From the NCBI GenBank assembly GCA_964016885.1, contig OZ024741.1, positions 226,672,001 to 226,736,000 of the forward strand: a DNA stretch of 64,000 nt, read 5' to 3'. The notes under the pieces were generated by a model. The model saw only the letters and a program-made list of their open reading frames with translations, made no database searches and was not told where the DNA came from. Numbering within the stretch: position 1 is the stretch's first letter; every line of letters starts with the position of its first letter. The DNA comes from Eledone cirrhosa. Lineage: Eukaryota. The translations under genes and the position numbers were made by a program. Positions 54,932 through 64,000 of the stretch are shown here, piece by piece.

Positions 54932-56569
54932 ACAGGGAGTAAGAGACGATTATGAGGAAGAAAAACATATTTTTTTCCTTTTTTGTTTCTCTCTCTCTCT
55001 TTTCTGGGTTAGAAAATGATTAAAACGAAATGTGTTACTTTGTGTGAAGTGTTCAGGTATTAGTTGATTTATTTATTATTTAACAATGGCATTTATTTAT
55101 CTATTTATATATTTAATTATTGTCTATTACCGGTTTCAGTCTTTATATGCATTATCAAATGATAGTGAAATATATTAGTGTGGTGTCGCACATGTTAAAC
55201 AGAAGGTGCAGAAAGAAGAATGTTATTTACAAACAAGGTTTAAGAAGTGAAAAGAAAAAAGAAAAAGGAAAAAAAAACGTGCATAATGTGGAACGTAAAA
55301 AGTCAATGTGGAAGAAAAAATAATGTTATTTACAAACACAGTCATTGAATTTAAGCAGTTCAAAATGTGTTAATATCGTAAAAGTGCTTAGTTGAACCAT
55401 GATTCCGTGAAGGAGGCTAATGGTGGACTGTGGTTTGATATGATTTCTCTTTTTAGGGAGTTAATATGCAGACGGAAGCAATTCTTGCTGGGTGATATTT
55501 AATTTATTTAAGAAAAAGGATTAGGTAGGGTGTGAGGGAGGTAACTCTTGTAAATATTTCAAAATTATGGTTAGAGGACTATAATAAGGAAGAATTAAAA
55601 TCCTTCAACGCTGTGAAATAAACGAAACCTGGTTCTCTAACTATGAAACACTTTTCCAAAAAGAACACACACCCAAGAACCCCTTCATTAAAACTATAAT
55701 AACAAGAAAACTCAATCAACACCCAAACAACACACAACAACCAACAACAACAAAAAAAAACAATACCTCCCCACATACCAACAAAAGAAGGCATCACCTC
55801 GCCCTACCTCCTACACCCTCCACACAACTACCACACGGACTCCCAAGCAACAAATATAGTAATAGAGAAACATCAGCTACAAGATAGACACTACAACTTT
55901 TCTCCTTCATGGAGAAACCATAAAACCCCCACACTTACAACCCCACTAACATCCCCACACAACAAACCCACAACCATCATTACTTCCAACATAGAACCCA
56001 AAATACACAACTACCACACATGTCACACAGGGCCTCACAACCACACACCAGCTATAAGGAAACCCTAATCTACCCTCCCCCACTAACCACACCCTACTAC
56101 AACAACACCTGCAGGGGACAATACAACCACACCAGACACCCTAACCACTACAACTACCATAGCTACACACAATATAACAGCAACAACAGGACTCAATATG
56201 AACGCACAAGACAACCCTACTACAACTAGCACCAAGTCTACACACCCTACAATAACAGCAGTGCTCAACACAACCACACGATACAACCCAACTTCAACAA
56301 CCGCCACAACTTCACACCCTATAACCACGTCCATCAAATATACACACCCTACAACAACATCAGCAGGGCTCAATACAACCACACGATACAACCTAAACTC
56401 AACAACCCCCACAGCTACACACCATCTGACAACAACAGCAGGAGCCAATACAACTATAAGAGACATCCAAACTTCAACAGCCATCACAACTTCCGTAATC
56501 ATTTTTTAGACGCAGCACACAGACACAGGATTACAAGATAACACAAAACACACAGGAGACACAAAATGC

Positions 56570-58768
56570 AATAAAAATTGTCAATTTAACCTCCAAAGAA
56601 TTAACAACAGACCAAATCAACATACTCTCCAAAGGTCTAAAATTTACACCAACTCCCCAACAACCAAACTACCCCGAAATGAATGAAGATATTGCACAAT
56701 TCTGTAGAAAACTAAGACTCAGCGAACAACTATACAACAAATACAACGAGGATGACTCAATAGCCAGAAATAGAAGCAACTACACCCCACCAAAAGTCAA
56801 GAATAAATTCCTCGATCAATTCTGCGAACACATTACTAATTACCCATACCATCACCTACACAGACATAAACAAAAACCAAACCTAAGCAAAAAAGAATGG
56901 AATGGTCTTAACAGTCTAAAAAACGACAAAACCCTAACAATCAAAGAGGCAGATAAAGGGAATGCAGTAGTCCTTATGGAGACAGATTATTACACAACTA
57001 TAGTACTCTCAACTCTAGAAAACCAAACATATTATGAAAAGCCCCAACACTACACACAGCAGAAAATAATGAGAAACCTAAAATCCCTAACAACCCTTTA
57101 CAAAGAAGGCCTTACAGACAAGGAATACAACTACATCACCAATTTCAAAAGCAGAACCAGCCTCTTCTACGGTATCCCCAACACACACAAATGCGAAGTA
57201 ATACGCAGGGCCTGCAAGAAAGCCACAGATGTTTACATCAATATAGCCCCTCCTGATGACCTTAAATTAAGACCCATAATAGTAGGCACCACATGTGAAA
57301 CCCACCGCCTAAGCAACTTCCTAGATATTCTGCTTAAACCTTTCCTAAAACATATAAAAAGCTTCATAAGGGACGACCTTGACATGCTCAACCACCTCCC
57401 AACAACACTCAATAACGAACATACCCTACTAGTAACATTTGATGTCATCAATTTATATTCCAATATCCCACACAACCTAGGTATAGAGGCAATACAATTC
57501 TGGATGGAAAATTTCCCTAGTGAACTTCCACAGCGCATCCCTAAAGAATTTGTGTTGTAGGGACTCAAATTCATCTTGGAAAACAATTTCTTCGAATTCA
57601 ATGCCAAATACTACAGACAGAAATCTGGGACTGCCATGGGCACGAAAGTGGCCCCCTCATACGCCAACCTTGTCATGGGATATTTGGAAACCATTCTCTA
57701 CCGCAAAGTTCTAGACAAATACGTCAACCACTTCTACCAACACATAGAAAATAACTGGAAGAGATATCTGGACGACTGCTTCATCCTCTGGCATGAAAGT
57801 ATAGATAGACTGATTGAGTTTAAAACACTTCTAAATGGACTCAACACTAACTTACAATTCACAATGGATTACAGCCATGAACAGCTCCCTTTCCTCGACA
57901 TCCTCATCAAGAAAACAAGCAACAAAATAGAAACAGACATATACTACAAACCCACAGACTCCAAACAATACCTTCCATTCAACTCGTGCCACCCTAGACA
58001 CACCAAAATGGCAATTCCTTACAACCTAGCCAGAAGGATCTGCACAATAGTTTCAGATAAATACACATGCTACACACGACTAGAAGAATTAAAAAACACA
58101 CTTATCAGCAGAAACTATCCACCATCCCTAATCACCAATGGATTCCAATGTGCCCTAAAACTAGACATCCAGGAACTCAGACACCCCAAACCCAGGAATG
58201 AACCGAAACAGAAAACTCTACCATAGATATCCACACACAACCCCCTCAACAATGAGGCATTCGACACCATCCTCCAGAACATTCCTTTACTAAAAAGAGA
58301 CCCAAGAATGAACAAAATCCTCCAAACACACAACATCATAAAGAGCAAAAGACAACCCAAATCCATAAAAAACATCCTCACACAAGCCAAAATCCATCAA
58401 ACCCTCACAATAAACCCTACAGTAACAAAATGCGGAAGGCCCAACTGTGGCATATGCATAAATCTAATAGAAGGTTCAACATTCCATTTTAAACAAGGAC
58501 AACGTTTCCCAGTTAAACACAACTTTACATGTGCATCTGAAAACCTTATCTATGTTTTGACATGCTCAGGTTATCAAGAGCATACAGAAAGATTGGATTT
58601 AGTGAACATATCGCCAATTGTGCTCTCAACCATCATCTAAACTTTAAAATTTTCCCCATTTACAAATTCATAGACAACGCTACTTTCAACCAACGTACCA
58701 ATAAGGAAACACATTTCATTAATAAATTTCAACCACTACTCAATGCTCTAAAAATCGGACCAATCTAA
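56570..58768 (+). pseudogene. PLE RT plus GIY-YIG ORF with in-frame stops and a deletion across the YIG motif
   Basis: ORFs 56679-57560, 57576-58226 and 58308-58640 are in one frame, separated by single TAG stops. The EN domain jumps from TCSGYQEH to its C-terminal part. Confidence 0.88.
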
Positions 58769-59170
58769 AACTGCAATAAACCATCAAAGATTTACAAGAG
58801 TTACCACCCTCACACCCTACCTAATCCTTTATCTTAAATATCACCCAGCAAGAATTGCTTCCCCCTGCATATTAACTCTCTAAAAAGGGAAATCATATCA
58901 AACCACAGTCCACAATGTGCCTCCTTCACGGAATCATGGTTCAACTAAGCACTTTTGCGATATTAACACATTTTGAACTGCTTAACTTCAATGACTGTCA
59001 TTGTAAATAACATTATTTTTTCTTCCACATTGACTTTTTACGTTCCACATTATGCACGTTTTTTTTTCCTTTTTCTTTTTTCTTTTCACTTCTTAAACTT
59101 TGTTTGTATATAACAATATTCTTTCTGCACCTTCTGTTTAACATGTGCGACACCACACTAATATATTTCA

Positions 59171-59212
59171 CTATCATTTGATAATGCATATAAATGCTGA
59201 AACCGGTAATAG
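59171..59212 (+). ncRNA. Minimal hammerhead, U3-A8 variant (mirror 55124-55165 on minus)
   Basis: ctatcat TTGATAA t-gcat-ataa-atgc-t GAAA CCGG TA atag; stem I is short or bulged. Confidence 0.62.
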
Positions 59213-59476
59213 AAAATAATTAAATATATAAATAGATAAATAAATGCCATTGTTAAATAATAAATAAATCAACTAATACCTTAACACTTCACACAAAGTA
59301 ACACATTTCGTTTTAATCATTTTCTAACCCAGAAAAAAGAGAGAAACAAAAAAGGAAAAAAATATGTTTTTCTTCGTCATAATCGTCTCTTACTCCCTGT
59401 TTTCATATATATATATATAACCTAACTCGTGTGCTTCCTCTCCACATTTTATTATCATATATATATATATATATAT

Positions 59477-59680
59477 ATAGTATAAAAAAACGAAAAGTCA
59501 GTGATGCATCTGGACTCAGTTTATTGCGTGTTACAATTGTTCGCCGGCAGGTAGCTCGAGACATAATCACTGTATGGATCCATACACTGATCATGACTCG
59601 AGCTACCTGCCGGCGAAACAATTGTAACACGCAATAAACTGAGTCCAGATGCATCACTGATTTTTCGTTTTTTATACTAT
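59477..59680. mobile_element. 200-bp palindrome centred on GGATCC (59577-59582) carrying only the 3' half of a hammerhead on each arm
   Basis: Right arm: gccggc GAAA CAATTG TA acacgc; no matching CUGANGA or stem I 5' strand inside the arm. Confidence 0.75.
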
Positions 59681-59762
59681 CCACACTCTACTCTGTATGT
59701 ATATTGAGTGCTAATCTTGGCATACCGCCTATGGAAGCACCATAGCTACCATTATACACAAG

Positions 59763-59789
<27 letters not shown>

Positions 59790-59795
<6 letters not shown>

Positions 59796-61249
59796 ATACT
59801 TTGGGAGGGTCATGTTGCCAATAAGAAACACACGCACCAGTTGCTTTCACTTCAATTTATTATAATAAATTTATAATAAATTTATAAATTTATAAATTTC
59901 TGGTTGGTTGGTTGGTTCCACAACCAGATAGTTGTTTATATATAGTCATAGTTCTTTCGTCACACACTCTGTGACCTCTTCAGTGACTGGGGATTCCTTT
60001 CTTTGTTTCTGTGCCTCTCCTTTGTTCTGTCCTACGCCATTTTGTTTCTGTGTGTGTGTTGTGTGCTCAGTCTGCGCATGCGCCACATCCGAGTGTCTGT
60101 GTGTGTTTATGTTCATTTATTTATTTGTTTATTTACATGTTACTGGTTGGTTGTTTGTTCTATGTGTGTGTGTGTTTTCATTTTGTCCTTAATTGTAAGT
60201 TGTGATGTTGCTGTTCCACTCATATTTTCTATTTAATTTTGGTTGTAATTCTTTTATGTTTATTGCCTCTGTAATTTGTCTAAACATTGCGTCTTTTCTG
60301 TGTGTAGATTCTATTTTTATTTCTGTTCTCTAATTTACCCTTGTGTTCTATCTTAGCATGTTGGTAGAGTACAGATGATTCTTTATTATCTTGAAGGTCT
60401 CGCCAGTGTTCATTTATCCGTTCCCCTACACTACGAGCTGTTTCACCTATGTACACTATATTTTTGTCTCTACATTGTCCTTCAGTACATCTTATGCTAT
60501 ACACTACATTTCTAGTTTTACAGTTAATATGGGAGCTTATTTTACAGGTTATACATTTCTTATCTATACATGAGGGTCTTTGAAAAGCGTATGTCTTGCT
60601 AATAAGTGTTTTTACGGAGGTACCTGGTCTTTCTACTATCTTAATATTGAGTTTATGTTTATTTAAGGCCCTTCTAAATTTGTAAGCTAATTCACCTCTA
60701 GGGGTTGTATCGATGAACATTACACTCTGGTATTTATTGCTATCATACCATGAGTTTATTCTATTAGCCTTGTTCCTAGTTCTTTATATTCTATTCCAAA
60801 ATTTGCTCCTATAGAAGGGGCAGGTCCCATTTATGTCATTATTTACCATTTTTTCCCATTTGGTTCTGGCTCCTCTATACACTCTGATTTTATCTTTCTG
60901 ATTGTAGCCAGAGAACTGCATACGGTGGATGAAGTGTTGTATGTGTCTCTCTAGTTCTTCGGGGTTGCACATGCGGGACACATTTCTCATCACCCGTACC
61001 AAATCCGCAATCAGTATGTTGATTTTGGTATGGTCCGAAACGGCCGAGTTTCGGTGGATCAGATGTTTGGAAGTCATGGGTTTGGCATAATGGGAATGGA
61101 GGATTTGTTTTTTGTTGTTAATGGTATCTAACCAGAGGTCTGTGTCTAGTACAGGTAATCGATGGTTCGGGTGTTTACTTGGGTAGTCTATAGTAACTCT
61201 AATGCTCTGGTGGATGGAGTTTTCTATTTGCTGGAAGCTTTCCATTGTG

Positions 61250-61250
<1 letters not shown>
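59790..61250 (-). mobile_element. 5'-truncated PLE, same family as 27562-30376 (RT thumb plus GIY-YIG plus pseudo-LTR with HHR 59944-59988), between (TA)n tracts
   Basis: ORFs 60784-61332 and 60280-60720 are highly similar to 29044-30101. Confidence 0.92.
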
Positions 61251-61308
<58 letters not shown>

Positions 61309-61309
61309 T

Positions 61310-61948
61310 AAAAGAATGAAACGAAATTTCATTTCTCACTCTTAGTACGGCTTATACCTAAATATAAGTATGTATACGTACATACATATATGTGTACAGA
61401 CGTACAGAAGTATGTATATATACATACATGCACATATATATATATATATATGTACGTATGGGTTTACCGAACACTTATTATAATGTTCGGTTTGTTTGTA
61501 AACAAACAGCCCAAATTACGCCGTACAGTGCTCGGCAACCATCGTCGCCCTTTTGTTCAACACTGACACAGGAACGATGTACTAGTTTCAAGCTTATTAT
61601 CTATCGTCAGCATCGTATACCTTTCTGTCAGATGATTGAACGTTTGAAAGTATATACTTTCCTTATGCATATTAACGGCTGAGCAGCCTAATTTGCATAT
61701 CGAGTGAGTTAGTCGGCCGGGCGTACCGAAAACGATAAATGGAAAAGAATGAAGCGAAATTTCATTTCTCATCTCTTAGTACGGTTGATACCTAAATATA
61801 AGTATGTATACGTACATACATATATGTGTACAGACGTACAGTAGTATGTATATATATACATACATGCACACATTTATATATATGTACGTATACATACTTA
61901 TATTTAGGTATCACCCGTACTAAGAGTGAGAAATGAAATTTCGTTTCA
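61310..61948 (-). mobile_element. Partial tandem plus short inverted copy of the 9287-9810 HHR element family
   Basis: AAAGAATGAA.CGAAATTTCATTTCTCA..CTTAGTACGG at 61311 and 61744 (period about 433), inverted at 61885-61948. Body homologous to 9290-9490. Confidence 0.8.
61574..61616 (-). ncRNA. Minimal type I hammerhead
   Basis: acgatg CTGACGA tagataataagctt GAAA CTAG TA catcgt; perfect 6-bp stem I. Confidence 0.83.
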
Positions 61949-62024
61949 TAGATATATATATTATGCTAGCATGGGTATACATCAGTATACATATGTTGGT
62001 AGATATACTAATTCTCTCTCTCTC

Positions 62025-62056
<32 letters not shown>

Positions 62057-62094
62057 AATATATATATATATACATATATACATATACATATATA

Positions 62095-62127
<33 letters not shown>

Positions 62128-62996
62128 GGGGAGAGAGAGAAACAGCCAGAGAGAAAGAGAACTATATATGTGTATATTTAAATTGATGAGGTATCGTTTA
62201 ATGCAATCCAAGTAGTATTTTGAGAAATGTGGTTGGTGCAAAATGCACTTAAAATCGAGTGCAGCGGCACATTGCGGATAGCGGTTTTTAGACACACCGG
62301 ACCAATGAAACATTTGTTAATACTTAGAATAAACGCCACTGTATAGCAGATCCATGTTATTCTTCACTCCTTTATTATATATATATATATATACAAATTA
62401 CACAATATAAATTATAAATTACACAATAATCAAAGTTATGTTCAAATCATAACATTGATTATTGTGTAACTTATATTCCTGCTCTGTAAAACATCTGATG
62501 TGTTTACATTGAGCTATTTTTCTTACTGGTAATAAGGTAGTAATAAATTACTGACCTTTCCTGTTTATAGTTGTATGTAGCGTATACATAACTATAAATA
62601 GTATCATTATTATTATATATATACGAATTTCGATTTATACTTATTTAATTTGATATCTAACACATCATCAATTGATAAGTATAAGTCCAAGATGTCTAAT
62701 CTCTGACAAAAAAATAAACGCAACGTACGTCGAAAGAAAAAAGACAAAGAACTTTCCACTGTGTTGCAGTTCCTGTAAAATATATTGTTTATATACTCAT
62801 AATAAATTAAACTAATTTTATTGTAGCCATGGGGTAGGGGAATGAAGGTATGTTAAGATCTTTGAAATTTCGATTCCGGAACACGATTTTTAGTCTCTTT
62901 CCAACTCATTCCACTTGCGTAATTGTTAGTCTAGTGATAAGCTCTGAAGACGATAACTTAGCAGTTAATCATTCCTCGTGTATATATACACATACA

Positions 62997-63064
<68 letters not shown>

Positions 63065-63169
63065 CATGTATACACAGACACACGCGCGCGCGCGCACACA
63101 CACATACACACACACACGTATATATATTTATATATATATATATATATATATATAGTTTTAATATAGAAG

Positions 63170-63214
63170 AGCTTCTACAGCACTGTTTCATTCGTGAGAA
63201 ATCATCAGGAAGCT
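63170..63214 (-). ncRNA. Canonical minimal type I hammerhead (degenerate relative near 34391-34430 on plus)
   Basis: agcttc CTGATGA t-ttc-tcac-gaa-t GAAA CAGTGCTG TA gaagct. Confidence 0.88.
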
Positions 63215-63427
63215 GTCTGTTCAAGTAAATGGTAGTATTATGTATTTCCTTATCTAGTGGTAGGAGAGGGTGGGGATTGGGATGGGTGTAGGTCATTGGT
63301 TGAAGGATTTAAAGAAAGGGGATTCATTAAAGGCTAATTCTTTAAAGCTATAATATTAACAAAGGCAGAAAGAATACTGTAAACAAGTTCAAAATTGGAA
63401 TACCAATCCTTGTTTATCACTTAAAGT

Positions 63428-63620
63428 AATAATTGTTTCTACTTTAGGCACAAGGCCAGCAATTACCCAGTGCATTACTGGTACTTTATTTTATCGACCC
63501 CGTAAGGATGAAAGGCAAAGTTAACCTCGGCGGGATTTGAACTCAGTCCGTAAAGGGACGTAACTATGCTGCAAAGCATGGCGTCCGACTCTCTACCGAT
63601 ACTGTCAATCCACCGCCCTT
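63428..63620 (-). mobile_element. SINE family A copy with TSD ttaaagtaa
   Basis: Full-length reverse match; flanking duplication visible. Confidence 0.88.
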
Positions 63621-64000
63621 AAAGTAACAATGCCTGTAAGACAGGTGTCTACAGGATGGATGGGGTTCAATGGTTTAAAGAAAAGGGAAATTCTTTAGAA
63701 GCTAATTCTTTAAGGCTAAATGAGGGTGACAAAGGCAGAAAAGGTTCCATCAACAGATTCAAGTGTTGGGGTGAACCCCCTATAGTGAAGTTTCTCTTAA
63801 TATATATTCCAGGTGTCGACAAACACATTCACACACGCGCCCACTTACACACGTACGCACACTTACACGCACGCACAAACAGAAAGGCACACACAGAACA
63901 AACATACATAATGGTACATACGCACATACATACATACAAATACATACATAGATACACATATACATATATATGTGTACATACATACGCATACATATACATA

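Noticed and set aside
56679-58640. Selenocysteine or read-through recoding in the PLE ORF
   Set aside because: The in-frame stops are TAG rather than TGA, and the EN domain is deleted, so ordinary decay is the simpler explanation.
62700-62745. CTGACAA...GCAA CGTACG TC
   Set aside because: Too many core mismatches and no stem II; at best a relic.
62940-62980. gct CTGAAGA followed by a hairpin
   Set aside because: No GAAA or stem III follows.

Overview
Eukaryotic, AT-rich, microsatellite-dense repeat region with no confidently identifiable host gene. The SINE families and the (TA)n/(CA)n/(GA)n load suggest an octopus or other cephalopod genome (inference). Contents: a decayed autonomous Helitron (minus strand, 5' TC end near 5922), an internally deleted mariner, a hAT-type MITE, RTE-LINE fragments, two tRNA-derived SINE families, and about nine Penelope-like retroelement (PLE; RT plus C-terminal GIY-YIG) copies or fragments from at least three lineages. 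The main signal is RNA-level. Read by eye, the window holds more than 35 minimal type I hammerhead ribozyme (HHR) motifs from about 15 sequence families: stem I, CUGANGA or the compensatory UUGANAA, stem II, GAAA, palindromic stem III, UH. They sit in PLE pseudo-LTRs, in small non-coding fold-back elements, and in two near-identical non-coding tandem arrays (457-bp and 464-bp units, one HHR per unit) that look like retrozyme concatemers copied from circular RNA. Nearly all inverted insertions share one geometry: left arm on minus, right arm on plus, 5' ends fused in the middle, both 3' ends pointing outward into microsatellite, usually (TA)n. This suggests a (TA)n-targeting, two-ended priming retrotransposition system run by PLEs and used by several small ribozyme RNAs. 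All ribozyme calls are manual motif and pairing reads, not folded or assayed. Element boundaries are approximate.
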